NCBI RefSeq assembly: GCF_000143415.4
Contig: NW_003314275.1
Coordinates: forward strand, 1,369,955-1,433,954
Source: Selaginella moellendorffii
Taxonomy: Eukaryota > Plantae > Lycopodiophyta
Direction of reading: 5' to 3'
DNA: 64,000 nucleotides
The notes below the pieces were generated by a model. That model was not told where the DNA came from and did not search any database. It saw only the letters and a program-made list of their open reading frames with translations. Both the position numbers and the translations under genes were made by a program. Position 1 is the stretch's first letter. Each line of letters starts with the position of its first letter. Positions 48,217-63,263 of the stretch are shown here, in pieces.

Positions 48217-50607
48217 ATGGGCAAGGACGCTGCCAAGGATGAGGCGCTCGAGCAGCGGTAGGCTATCGATCCAATCCCTGGAGCTCCAAATTCTCCGAGA
48301 TTTCGATCGATTTCTTCCATGGCAGGCACAATATGTTGTCGCCGTTCACGGCGGGATGGCAGATGGTGAAGGTGGAGCCTCTCATCATCGAGAAATCGGA
48401 GGTATGCGCTTGGATTGAGCCGATCTAATGAGATTTCGGTTTGATTGTCTCGTGTTCTTCGAATTTCTTAGGGGATTTATGTGTATGATACGAATGGAAA
48501 CAAGTACCTGGACGCCCTTGCTGGCCTCTGGAACAATGCGCTTGGTATGAGATCTTCTTCTTCTTTTTGTTTCATGCTTGCATGCATTAAATTGTTTTAG
48601 GAGGAAACGAACCTCGCCTTGTGGAGGCCGCGAAGAAGCAGCTCGATGTTCTCCCGTACTACCACTCTTTCTGGAACCGTACTACTCCAGTCACGCTGGT
48701 ACTCTTTTGCTTTGGATATCTCATGAATCGCCGTTACGTATGTTTTGTTACTGGCAGGAACTTGCCAAAGAGCTTGTGGAGATGTTCACGCAGGTTAAAA
48801 TGAGCCGCGTGTTGTTCACGAACAGTGGCTCCGAGTCGAACGATTCCCAAGTGCGTGTCTAGCTTTTTTCCTTCTTTTTTCTACATTTTTCTTGCGATGC
48901 AGGTGAGATTGGTTTGGTACTACTACAATGCCATCGGGAAGCCCCACAAAAAGAAGTTTATAGCACGAGAAAAAGCGTGAGAATCTTACTATGATTGTAT
49001 CTTTTTGTATATTTTCTCACGCTGCTTCTAATGTAGCTACCACGGATCTACGTATGCTTCAGCCAGTCTCTCCGGGTACTTCTCTAATTCTCTTGCTCTT
49101 TCTATCGGAACTTAACAAGAGTTACACTTGTTGTCCAGTTTGCCGAACCTTCATAAAGGTTTTGACGCACCAGCATCTTTTGTTGTTCATACTGACTGTC
49201 CGCATTATTGGCGAAATCACTTGCCTGGTAAGCTGTATAGTTTTTCTTCTGCTCCTAATTTTTTTTTAAAAAATAAGGTGAGAGTGAGGAGGATTTTGCC
49301 ACGAGATTGGCTGATAATCTGGAAAAGCTCATCCTAAAGGAAGGACCCGAAAATGTAAGCAACCAGGTTCAGAATTTTTTTCGCAAGTAAGCCTGTTTAT
49401 TGAAGATTGCTGCCTTCATTGGAGAGCCTCTCATGGCTGCTGGCGGTGTCATGCCTCCTCCAGCTACATACTGGGACAAGGTATAGGAGCCAAACGCTTG
49501 TTTTCCTGTTTCTAACTTCTAAGTTGCAGATTCAACCCATTCTTAAAAAATACGACATCCTCCTTATTGCTGATGAGGTTCAGGAATTTGTTTTTAAATC
49601 TGAAAGTTGTTTCTGATTCAATTTTGTTTCAATCAAGGTTGTTTGTGCATTTGGAAGGCTTGGAACAATGTTCGGTTGCGACTATTACAATATAAAGCCC
49701 GATCTTGTTAGCATGGCAAAGGTATGTATTTCGAGACTAGTTAGAAGGAAGCGCTGATCCTGTAATTTTCTTCTCTTTTTAAGGCCTTATCTTCCGCTTA
49801 TATGCCCATTGGAGCTGTTCTTGTAAGTGAAAAAATATCAGATGCTATCTTGAAGTTCAGTGACCAGCATGGTGAGAAGTTTCCACTTTGTATTTCATTT
49901 GCTTTATAAAGGTGGTTTTATGTGTTCTAGGCTCTCTTGGCCATGGATTTACATATTCTGGACATCCCGTTCCTTGTGCGGTTGCCTTGGAAGCATTGCA
50001 CATTTACAAGTAAGCAAGCTCAATGCAACTCTGTCATCCACTTTTCCATTTCGACGTTTGATTTTTTCAAGGGAGAGAGACATTCCCGGACATGTTGCAA
50101 AAGTATCTCCCCACTTTCAGAAAGGACTGCATAAACTATCCAGCAGTCCAGTCATCGGAGAGGTTTGTTGTGATTTGCGCGGCTTGCGGGCTTTCTAACT
50201 CTGCAATCAGATTCGTGGGACTGGTTTGATCATTGGAGTCGAATTCAAAGACGGGAAGCGTCCGGAAAACACCTTTCCAGCAGACTGGGGTAATGACAGA
50301 TCCGAGTTTCTTATCCCGAATGCTAGACATAACTTTCACTTTGTTCATCCAGGAGTGTCATCATATTTCGCAGATAAGTGCAAAGAGGAAGGAATGCTGG
50401 TGCGCATCTCGGGAGACGCCATCTTCATGTCTCCAACGTTGACAATCACAATCGAAGAGATTGACGAGGTAAGCTTCCTCTTTCAAGTCGCACTTAGGCA
50501 GAGACAAAAACTTTTGGAAACTTCTTTTACTACAGCTCATCACCATGTTCGAGAAGGCACTCAAAGCCACCGAGAAATACGTCGAGTCCAAGAAAAAAAG
50601 TGGATAA
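48217..50607 (+). CDS. GABA-T: Gamma-aminobutyrate transaminase (class III PLP aminotransferase, POP2-like), multi-exon
   Basis: [55 protein letters not shown]. Confidence 0.93.
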
Positions 50608-50704
50608 ACATCAGCGGCCTCTGGAATAAAATGGCGTTTGTTTCATTCTTTTCTTCTTTCGGTAAAGTGCTTTTTCTTTCTTTTTTTCTTCTTCTTTGAA
50701 GTAT

Positions 50705-50706
<2 letters not shown>

Positions 50707-50746
<40 letters not shown>
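50707..50746. repeat. (TA)n microsatellite
   Basis: Directly visible. Confidence 0.95.
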
Positions 50747-50748
<2 letters not shown>

Positions 50749-50769
50749 CATTAGAGCTTTTATACACGT

Positions 50770-50872
50770 AGTGTTTGAAGGCTGCTCGCTCTTATACAAG
50801 ACCAAGTTCCTATCATCTTGGAGCCGCGAGAATTGTGGAAACGAACTGGTGACAAAGGTGTTGGTCGCCCCA
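50770..50872 (-). pseudogene. Short degenerate duplicate of the lectin gene 3' end
   Basis: Matches 51110-51230 (accaagttcctatcatcttggagc, gacaaaggtgttggtcgccc). Confidence 0.8.
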
Positions 50873-51096
50873 TCAAAATCTTAGAATTTCTACAATTTGG
50901 AGAGGGCGAGTCCTCAATTTCCAGGGCTAGCTACCGATTCTCAGCCATGATTTTCAAACGCGTCGTTTAACGCTCCAGAGAATAGCGATCAAACAAGATC
51001 AAACCTGTTTTTGATCTGATGAAAGATCTTGTGCATGCAAGAACAAAGCTTCATACAAACGCAAAGCTTCTCACCTGGAAATTTGTAGATTTTTCA

Positions 51097-52011
51097 TCAT
51101 CTAACAGCAGTGTTTGAAGCCCACGCGGGGACCTGCTCGTCGCTCTTATACAAAACCAAGTTCCTATCATCTTGGAGCGCCAGAATCGTGGAAACAAAAC
51201 GATCACCGGGGACAAAGGTGTTGGTCGCCCACACACAAACCTCATGATTGACAACCACCAGGTTCCCATCCTGCTGGACCAGCAAGAAGCAGCCGTCCGC
51301 CCTGTCCCTGGTCGGGGTGGCCCAAACCCGGTCGCCATCGTACAGTACAGCCTCGCAATGCCGCTCCATGGCCAGCTTGTACCGCTGGTTGGGCGACCAG
51401 ATCGCCTGATTGGGCAGGAGCCGCGAGTAGACGCGCGCCCTTGGGCCACTTTGGACCATATTGGCGTACGGAAAGCAATCATCCGACAACGAATATACGA
51501 CCCTCCGGGTGGAATCTAGGGCTCTTAGCTGCGCGGGATTTACTTCCTCCGCCATGCTGTACATGCCCTCCTCCATGCTGTACTCCATGCCATATCGCCC
51601 GTCGATCACAGTGATGTAGCTGTAGCCCCAGCGGAATAGATCGGTGGCGAGGCGGTCGTGGAGCTCGCGGAAGGCGGCGACGAGGATGAATCCGGGCAAG
51701 GAGTCAGAGGGATCGGGCGTGGCGTGGCAGTCGTCGCTGAAGAACCAGAGGCGGATGAAGATGCGGCCGGTCCCGAGGAAGATCGTGTCGGAGATTGAGC
51801 GTGGCGAGTAGCGATCTGACACGGAGATTGTGTTCACTAGCGTCGCGAGAGCGGCGCTCACAAATCCGCGGGCTTCATTGCTTGCGAGTAAGAATGGGAC
51901 GCCGCGATCTACGACCTGCTGGGCGCTTGCGATTGCGAGGAGCGCGAGGAGGAAGAGGAAGTAGTAGAGAGCTATGGCATTGCTGATCTCGATCTTCGCG
52001 GGCAATGCCAT
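51097..52011 (-). CDS. Secreted protein with a C-terminal bulb-type (B) lectin domain, intronless
   Basis: Signal peptide. Motifs LLVQQDGNLVV, VWATNT, LALQDDRNLVLY, AWASNT. Confidence 0.85.
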   Translation of the reverse strand: MALPAKIEISNAIALYYFLFLLALLAIASAQQVVDRGVPFLLASNEARGFVSAALATLVNTISVSDRYSPRSISDTIFLGTGRIFIRLWFFSDDCHATPDPSDSLPGFILVAAFRELHDRLATDLFRWGYSYITVIDGRYGMEYSMEEGMYSMAEEVNPAQLRALDSTRRVVYSLSDDCFPYANMVQSGPRARVYSRLLPNQAIWSPNQRYKLAMERHCEAVLYDGDRVWATPTRDRADGCFLLVQQDGNLVVVNHEVCVWATNTFVPGDRFVSTILALQDDRNLVLYKSDEQVPAWASNTAVR

Positions 52012-52194
52012 GGGAGATGGAATGAGTTTCAATCTCCATAGCTTTTAAAAGGGGACATCCAATAATTTTTGGCGGGTCAGCGCTTTGGATATCTCGCAAG
52101 GATATTCCTTACAAATTAATTACTTTAATTGGCATTATTATTAAGACAACTGTACGGCTTCTTCCAACTTGTACGGATTGCCTTAGGGTTTATC

Positions 52195-55100
52195 ATGGCT
52201 GGGCAATTTCGAGCCCGACGCTACGAGCTCGAGGGAGCCGCGGCGTCCCTGGATCGGCATCCGGCAGCTGCGCATCCGCTGCTGGATCATGAATGCGGCG
52301 CTGCGGCCGCCTCAATTCACTGCGCGGTTCTTCGGGTCAGTGGTGATGAATGCGTGGATTTTCTCTCTGACAGGGTTTCAGGACGAGAAGGAGCCGCTCT
52401 TGGCGGAGGTCGTCTTTGATGATCCGCTGAGGTCGGGTGGTTTTGCTGAGAAGGATTTGGCTTCTCCTCCGGCAATGTGGCACAAGTCCAAGACTTCCAG
52501 ACGGGTGGTTTCCAAGAGTGTCATGGACGAGCAAGTGGAAAATGCCGCGGCGGATTGGGATGCTTATAAGCTCACACTTTCTCAGAGATTTGGATCGTCT
52601 GGCACCATGACGATGTCCTCGGTGAGCTTCGGCCTTTTTCTAGTGCATGGTTGAGAATTATGATTTCTTTCGTGTTCTCATTGCAGGCTTTTGATGTTCT
52701 TGCGAAAGATCACAAAGGTAACGTACGCACGTAGAATGACTGTCCAACAGATCATATCGTGTTCTGTTCAGCCGCCGGAACGAGCACACATCTCCAGCAG
52801 CTGGAAGATCCCGAGAGAAAGGCCTTCGAGGATGTCAAGATTCTCACGCAGCAAGAATGTGTGACGAGACTGAAGGATCTTAACGAAGAGATTGCTGAAG
52901 CTTGGAGGAGCGAAGAACGCGTTTCTGCTTTGAGACTTACCATCAAGGTGTGAGACGGTACCTGCTCGTGGCTCACTTACAAGTTTTCTCTCTTTTCTTT
53001 TTCGCAGGTAGCCAGGCTTTTGATGGACACTTCCGTGGCACACTTCTATCCCGTGTTGTTCGTGCTCGTAACTGATGTCCTGGATAATGTCGGCGATTTA
53101 GTGTGGATGCGTATCAAGAAAAAGGCCGAGACCGATGAAAACGGGAATGCCATTGAACTGCCAGGTCTTTCTGCGTGCATGGATTTTTTTCTGTGGGATT
53201 CATTCTTGTGTTGCAGTGGATTTTTCATCTAGCGACATCTCTCAGGAGGCGAAGGATACATGTAACAACTGGTTTTTAAAAATTGGGTCCATCAAAGAGC
53301 TCTTGCCTCGGATGTAAGTCCTGACGTTTACTATAGCCTTGCGGTGCTAAATTGCATCTCCTTTCTAGATACCTCGAAATTGCTATCCTGCGGTGCTTGC
53401 AATTTCTAGAGCGAGATCCTATCTCGACCATTCAGAGGTTGTCTTCGATGGTCAGAGGGTTGGGAAGTCCTTTGACGTCTGCCTATGCTTACATATACTT
53501 ATCGCGTAAAGGGCTTGCACTTTTGCCGATGGAAAGAGGTAATAAAAATGCTGGGACTACTGTTACACTGACTATTACATTCTCTCAGGTTATCTGGTTA
53601 GTGGTATCCATGATTTTACAATGCTGTTATACAGATTAATTGCTGGGGAGTTCAATCAGAATCTTTTAGAGCTGCACATTCAGAAACAAACGTATGTGAG
53701 ACTGGTCGAACCAATGTTCGAGTGGGTGCTCCACTGCATATTCAAGCTTCTAAAGCAGGTATTGTTTTTTTTAATTTTCGACTAATCTTCTATGTGATCA
53801 TTTTGGCAGGAGGAAACACAAGAAGTTGTGGTTGCTCTTTGTGGCAAACGAGAGAAAGATGGAATGAAGCCTTTGTCAATATTGGTGCATTACTTGCTCA
53901 AGCAGCTTCCTGCCACATTCGTGGCTAACCATGCCATTGAGATCTCCAGATTGGTGAAAAGCTCTACCGACATTTCAATGCCGCAGGTTTCGCTTATTGC
54001 ATTTGCAAGATTGGCATTCACTCACTTCAGTTTGTCATTTCTAGAGTGCCAGTTTTGTCACACTCGGAAGAAAAATGTGCGACTGTCCACCTCCTCGTGA
54101 ATTTCGACTTCAAGTTCTCAGTGATGTATGGAAGGTATGCCACTGACTTCTCAAGTTGTGGATATGACATTGTAAGTTTCAGGCGACTACAAAGTACACG
54201 TCTTTAATAGACTATGTAGCTGTCGCCAACGCGTTTGTCGAATACATTCTTCAGTGTTGCTCAGTAAGCTATTCGAGTTAATTGTCCATGAATTTATAAA
54301 CAGTGCGCTTTTCTTTTCAGGAAACAGAGCTTATCGTAGTGCTTCGTGATTTAAAGCAGCACTTAAGCGACGGGGAGATTGATCATGAAGTTATGGAGTT
54401 CCTTGAGTTCATTGCTCTAAAGCTGATTGACCATTACGCAGACTTTAAACACCTACTTGGTCTGGTGAGTTTTCAACTTGTCTCCAGGGACAAAATTCGA
54501 GAGTTTTACACTTTTTAATTGTAATAAACAACATCAGGAGACATTCATGGACATTCTTGATATGTTTCATGGGGATTTCCGGCTTAATGTCTACAAGTGT
54601 ATTTTGAATTCGGTCTCCAGGTAGTGTCTTTTTATTTCTTTATTTATGCACAACTGATTCTGAATGTCAGGAATAACATGCCTGTGCTTGATCCAGTCTG
54701 CAAAAACTTTTTGTTTGAATCAACTAAAGTGCTCCATGATTCCTTAGACAGTTTTAGTAGTGATGACGATCGAAGGCAAATAGCTCGTCTGGTGGTCAGA
54801 TTTATTCAACTGGTGCGTGTAAATCTGCTTTTGCTATTGGTCAGCTGGCTATGTTTTGCAGGCTGATTACGGGAAGAATCTCGAGACCCAGCTAGATTTT
54901 CTTGTTGAGTGTCGTGCGGCTTTTCCGAGGATGGACGCTGTTAGAGTGAGTTGAGAGGTATTTGAAATGTTTTTGATCTCAAAGACTGCCCTTACTTTTT
55001 TTCTTGTATTCCAGGAGGAAGTTGTCCGTGCTAGCCATGGCATAGCTATGTCGACATTTAAACTCTGGAAAGGCTGTCATTCCGAAGCGAGCATGGATTT

Positions 55101-56325
55101 TGTGAAGTCGTGTATAGCATTCAACGAGATCACTATACCGTCAATCACCGATGTTACTGTGCGCGTTCAGCTTTATATCACGACTGGTGAGGTAAGTCCT
55201 GGAATTATTTCCATTGCCAAATGCATTTTCTTCTCAGGTTGCTCTGATGAACGGCCTGCTATCTTATGTTCTGAATCTCTTGAAATCCGGAATACTTTGC
55301 TTACAAGAACTTCGTTCCGAAGGTAGCAGCCATGCATACGCTATCTTGTAACGGTTTCACAGTTTTCTGTTCAGATTCCAATAACGAAGATGAGCTACGA
55401 CCTTTACTACTGAAGCTTTGTTCGTTTCTGGTAGTGGTGCCAGGTAATGGAAACTCTGGATCAATTAAAAAGATTTGAGGTTCTCTTGGTTTTTTCAGGG
55501 GATCCGGAACTCGGTGTGTTGTATTTTCCAAGAGGCCTTGTGAACTTGCTCGATGCCAAACCCTGGTAGGAACAAGCAGAGTATGGATAAATTTACTCTC
55601 TGAATTCTATTACAGGTTACTGAAAGGAAGGAAGAGACTGCAAGTCCTCCTCGGTATTCTCTCTACAGTCTCGACATTGTCTCAAGACGATCTTCCATAC
55701 CATGTAGCAAATGAACAGGTCTTTTTCTTAAAAGTCACTCCGTGCCTTGCTGAAAAGTGGATGCAGGTAGATAGCAACGATACGTTGTACTTTGGAGAGT
55801 CGGGATATCAAGAAGAACTGCAGAGCTTTGGTGCTATGGTTCTGGAAAAAATTGTCGCTGTCGTCAAGCAAGAAAAGAATGCGGTGAGTGCAGATTTGTT
55901 CTTTCGGAAGGTTAAGCTCCTCTCTCTTTGTAGTTGCAACGCGGGTACATGCTACTGGATACTTGTAACACTCTTTTAATGGCGTTCGAGGTCAGTGATT
56001 TTTTTTTTTTCTTATTCTCAGCTGGCTGCTTTTGTAGAACGCTGATGAAATGGGAGCTCAAATGCTTGAAAGAGCGCGATCGCTGTTGCCAAAAGAACTA
56101 GGCTATTTGGAAGCAACAAAGCAGCGAGTTCTGAGAAGTAACGAGCTAAAACTTTATAGATTGTCTCTCTCGGCTAACTCCCTTCTATCAATCCAGGCTT
56201 TGGAGCATGAATCCAGTACGCTCGTCCATGTCACGGCATTTGGCTGGAGAGGCATTCCTCTCACGACCGCCAAACCTTCATCCAACCGGTGGAGCCTTCC
56301 AAACAGGTCCACAACACAGTTATAG
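52195..56325 (+). CDS. VPS35L: VPS35-like retriever subunit (C16orf62/UPF0505 family), multi-exon; 3' end uncertain
   Basis: AWRSEERVSALRLTIKV, FYPVLFVLVTDVLDNVGDLV, AKDTCNNWFLKIGSIKELLPR, YLEIAIL, RGLGSPL, VKSCIAFNEITIPSI. Confidence 0.88.
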
Positions 56326-57710
56326 TGCTCAATACCAGGAACGATTCCATACTCTTGCACCATTTTCTTGAAAATTCGTGACGCTTTATCGGTTGATCCA
56401 GCACGGGTGCAAGTAGCTAGAAGTGATACAAAGGTGATCCCATCGGCTGCTACAAATTCGGCCTCCATTGCTTGAAAGAGATGGAAGACGAGCTTTGTGT
56501 TTCCTTGGTGACTGTATCCTGCTATCAGGGCATTCCATGCAAGAATGGTGGTAGTTCCAGATGATAAGGAATCGAAAATAAGTTGGCTACTTCTCATACT
56601 TCCATTTCTTCCATAGAAATCCTGCAAAGAAACGACTATAGGCTCGAGAACTTCAATCCCACGCCGGCAAATCTCCTTGTGGATTTCTCTCCCGGTTTCC
56701 AAGTCCGCGAGATTGCTACAAGCTTTCAATGCGGCAACAAAGGTCCAAGAGTTGGGCTCGCCACCTTTTCGTTTGAAGCAAAAGAAGATTCTCAGTGCTG
56801 ACTCGTTATACCCATTCTCGGCATATCCCAAGATCAGTGAGTTCCAAGTCACGCTATCACGAAACTCCATTCGAGTGAAAACTCTTTGAGCGTCAACCAC
56901 GCTTCCACACTTGAGAAACATATCTATGAGTGAATTTGACACGAAAGTGCTGGAATGGGAGGATTTTTCTATGGCTCGAGCATAGATCGCCATTCCCTTC
57001 TCGAGGGATTCCATGGGAACGAGATTTTCATTGAAGTCCTGGCAAGATTCTTGTGTGGCGAGGATGGCGCAAGCTTTCGCGGCTGCTACGAAGGCCCAGG
57101 GATCGCCAGCCATGGCGTGACGATCGTGTTCGAGCTGGAGGAGCTCGAACAGATTGAGAGCCTCCCGCGCGAGTCCATTGTCGGCGTACCCATGCATGAG
57201 CGAGCTCCACGCCACGGCATTGCTCTGGATCATCGAGGAGAAAACTCGCTCGGCCTCGCGCAAGCAGCCACACTTGCAGTACATAAAAACCAAGCTGCTG
57301 GCCACGAAATCGTTGGAGTCGCAGCCCTCTCTCGCGGCCAAGCGATGAACAGCCATGCCCTTCTCCAGCGCCTTGATCTTGACAAATCGCCCATGATCGA
57401 CCTCTCTCTCGGCAATGCAAGCGCAAGCTTTGATCGCCGCAAGGATTGTTCGCTCGTTGAGGGATTGGATTCCAGAGAACAACTCCAGAGCAAGCTCGGG
57501 CTCTCCATTCTCGGCATACCCGAGGATCAAAGCGTTCCATAGCGCGAGATCGCGGTGGTGGAGAGAATCAAACACTCTCCGAGCTTCCACCATAGAGCCA
57601 CGCTTGGCATGCTTTCTCACGAGCTTGCTCGCTGCATAGAGATCTAAAGTGCTCGTCCCTGCCAACCAAGAACTTGTTTGCTCGATCATACTTCTTGTTT
57701 TCTCGATCAT
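56154..57710 (-). CDS. PLS-class pentatricopeptide repeat protein, intronless, E domain truncated, no DYW
   Basis: Repeated WNALILGYAENG, SLVFMYCKCG and EHYNCVVDLFGR motifs. Confidence 0.92.
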   Translation of the reverse strand: MIEKTRSMIEQTSSWLAGTSTLDLYAASKLVRKHAKRGSMVEARRVFDSLHHRDLALWNALILGYAENGEPELALELFSGIQSLNERTILAAIKACACIAEREVDHGRFVKIKALEKGMAVHRLAAREGCDSNDFVASSLVFMYCKCGCLREAERVFSSMIQSNAVAWSSLMHGYADNGLAREALNLFELLQLEHDRHAMAGDPWAFVAAAKACAILATQESCQDFNENLVPMESLEKGMAIYARAIEKSSHSSTFVSNSLIDMFLKCGSVVDAQRVFTRMEFRDSVTWNSLILGYAENGYNESALRIFFCFKRKGGEPNSWTFVAALKACSNLADLETGREIHKEICRRGIEVLEPIVVSLQDFYGRNGSMRSSQLIFDSLSSGTTTILAWNALIAGYSHQGNTKLVFHLFQAMEAEFVAADGITFVSLLATCTRAGSTDKASRIFKKMVQEYGIVPGIEHYNCVVDLFGRLHRLDEGLAVVRGMPLQPNAVTWTSVLDSCSKAWIDRRELAERDNL

Positions 57711-57742
57711 ATTCCAAAGACCAAATACAAATGCTAGAAGTG

Positions 57743-60473
<2,731 letters not shown>

Positions 60474-60595
60474 GGTCGTCGTCCTAATTTGAAAACTTTT
60501 ATACTATAGACATCAAAATTCTAATATGGTTTGAAGGAATATATGGTTAATATTTAATAATAACAAATCAAATAAATAAATTAAGTATCTAAAGC

Positions 60596-60667
60596 GGGGC
60601 ATTCCGAGAATCGAACTCGGGACCTCTCGCACCCGAAGCGAGAATCATACCACTAGACCAAATGCCC
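60596..60667 (-). tRNA. tRNA-Pro(CGG)
   Basis: GGGCATTTGGTCTAGTGGTATGATTCTCGCTTCGGGTGCGAGAGGTCCCGAGTTCGATTCTCGGAATGCCCC, 72 nt, forms a cloverleaf. Confidence 0.97.
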
Positions 60668-61013
60668 TATTTGTGATAGGTGACAGCCTCTTAACCCTTT
60701 ACACCGGTAGTACTGTTCCAGCGTGGAACTCCACGTCCGCGCCACGTGGCAAACGGCGGCAGCCGCCAGCGGCGAATATTCTTTCAAGTGGTGGGCATGC
60801 CTCCGAGCATAGGGTTTTAAACCTGGTCCTAGCTCCAGGACACAAGCATCGGCCTCGGCGGCGACGAATCCTCCCTCTCCTCGCAGGTGAGCTCTCGATC
60901 TCGCTGCTCGATCTATCGGCATTTCTCTCGCTCGATCGAGAATGCATGCCCTTGCATGCGCGATTTCTTCTCAATCTCACTCCATTTCTTGCAGCTCGCC
61001 TTGTCTGGTTCCA

Positions 61014-62357
61014 ATGGCTGCCATCGCCAACGTTTGCGGGACTCCCATGAGGAGCGCTCTCATTCCCAGCCATGAGATCCATCTCGCCAAGCCAATCAAG
61101 GTCTCTACTTCGGTGAGGAGCGGCAAGCTACCAGCGATTGCGATGACTGCCGCAGCTACAGCAACGTGAGTATCGATCGCTTTGTTTTCTTTTCTTCTTT
61201 CATGAAAGCTTGGATTTTTCTTTCTCTCTTTGCATGCACAGGGAGAGCGTCGCGAAGCAAGACAGCAGCAAGTCTTCGCAGATCATGCACTCGCTCTCTC
61301 CTGAGAAGATCGAGATGTTTAAGTCGCTCGAGAGTTGGGCGGAGGAATCCATCCTCCCATTCCTCCGGCCGGTGGAGAAATGCTGGCAGCCCCAGGACTA
61401 TCTCCCGGAGCCATCCTCGGAGAGCTTCTACGATGAGGTCCGCGAGCTGAGGAAGCGAGCCGAGTGCTTGCCCGACGACTACTTCGTCTGCCTCGTCGGG
61501 GACATGATCACCGAGGAAGCGCTGCCAACTTACTTGACGATGCTCAACACTCTCGACGGCACTCGCGACGAGACCGGTGCGAGCCCGAGTCCGTGGGCAG
61601 TGTGGGGGCGTGCCTGGACCGCCGAGGAGAATCGCCATGGTGATTTACTCAACAAGTATCTCTACCTCACTGGACGAGTCGACATGAAGCAAATCGAGAA
61701 GACGATCCAGTACTTGATCGGTTCTGGAATGGTAAGAGCCCAGAGTTTCTTCTTTCTCGGGAACTCAAAAGTTCGGTTTTTCCATTCTTCCAGGATCCCC
61801 AGACCGAGAACAATCCATATCTCGGGTTCATCTACACGTCCTTCCAGGAGCGAGCCACCGCCATCTCTCATGGCAACACTGCTCGCCACGCCAAGGAGCA
61901 CGGAGACCACAAGCTCGCGACTGTTTGCGGTCTCATCGCAGCCGACGAGAAGCGGCACGAGAATGCTTACACCAGGATCGTGGAGAAGCTGTTTGAGATC
62001 GATCCGGAAGGCGCGATGCTGGGGCTGGAGGACATGATGAGGAAGAAGATCTCCATGCCGGCTCATCTCATGTACGATGGCCAGGACAAGAACCTGTTTG
62101 AGCACTTCTCTTTGGTGGCACAAAGGACGGGGGTGTACACTGCCAAGGATTACGCAGGAATTCTGGAGCACTTGGTCAAGAGATGGAACGTCGAGTCCAT
62201 CACTGGATTGTCTGCTCGCGCGCAAAAGGCCCAGGATTTCGTGTGTGGTCTCCCTCCTCGGATCTTGAGACTAGAGGAGCGAGCTCAGAGCAGGGTGAAG
62301 AAGGGCCCCAAGACTGGAGCGTTTAGCTGGATTTTCAACAGGGAAGTTGCACTCTAG
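61014..62357 (+). CDS. SAD: Plastid stearoyl-ACP delta-9 desaturase (FAB2/SSI2 family), 3 coding exons
   Basis: Transit peptide. [48 protein letters not shown]. Confidence 0.97.
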
Positions 62358-62664
62358 ATGAACAAGGCTTTGGAAGCTACCCGAGATAAAAGGTGTACAT
62401 TACGAGTTTAGTGTTCTAGTGATTTTCAAATAAGTACGGGGTTTTTATTTTTTTTATTAATTTGTTTTGTGCTTCAAGTCCACACAAGTTTCTAGAGCTC
62501 TCTACAAACAGGTTGGAGCACAAAAAGGATTTATGGATGTTCGAATCAACATGATCAACACTAGCAAGACAATATTCATATTAGGATACGATATTAATAT
62601 CAATATTCATATTATTTATTTTGTTAAACTATATCGAAGTCTAGAAAAATGCAAAAGCTTTGTC

Positions 62665-63210
62665 CTATTTTTTCTTTTTGGCTTTGGGCTTGCCAGGATT
62701 TTTCCCAGTATATTGCTCTTGTGCTTCTTCCTTTGGCTGGCCATTCCACAGGAACTGCGTGACATCGTCCACTTGAGAAAGCATGAGCAAAAGTGGTGTC
62801 AATCTCTCAAGCTCTGCATCATCTGCTTCTCCTCTGAATGGTTTGATCTCGATGCCATTGTGCGGGCACAGCCTGAAGTGGAACCTCTCATTGTCCACCC
62901 ACACTAGCCTCTTCAACTCGTGCCTGACCTTTACCTTGCGCACATCCTTGATGAAACCGGTCCTCGTCCTGGTGCAATCCTCAATGCCATAAACGTCGGT
63001 TATAAGCTTTGCACTCGCCCCAAACCCTGCCACCGATTGATCCAGGTGCCTGGAATCCGAGACACTGAAGATGACAAGGGAGTAGGCCATTGCCATCCTG
63101 CTCAAGAACGCCTCCAGCCCAGGTCTGTTCACAATTGTGCTCGCGTCCTTCTTCCATACCAGCGTCTCGTTTAGGTCTAGCACCAAAACGGGTTTGCCTT
63201 CTTCCGCCAT
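62665..63210 (-). CDS. NIF/FCP1-like HAD domain protein, DLNET (Tim50-like) variant, intronless
   Basis: VLVLDLNETLV, RPGLEAFL, FIKDV, WVDN, PHNGIEIKPF. Confidence 0.85.
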   Translation of the reverse strand: MAEEGKPVLVLDLNETLVWKKDASTIVNRPGLEAFLSRMAMAYSLVIFSVSDSRHLDQSVAGFGASAKLITDVYGIEDCTRTRTGFIKDVRKVKVRHELKRLVWVDNERFHFRLCPHNGIEIKPFRGEADDAELERLTPLLLMLSQVDDVTQFLWNGQPKEEAQEQYTGKNPGKPKAKKKK

Positions 63211-63263
63211 CTTTTTTAGGGCACACAAGTTGTGAACAAATTAGAAAGTAAGGTGTGGTGTTC

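Noticed and set aside
60596-61014. tRNA-mRNA dicistronic unit with SAD
   Set aside because: The tRNA is on the opposite strand to SAD. It is co-oriented with the subtilase 122 bp downstream, but nothing in the sequence shows read-through.
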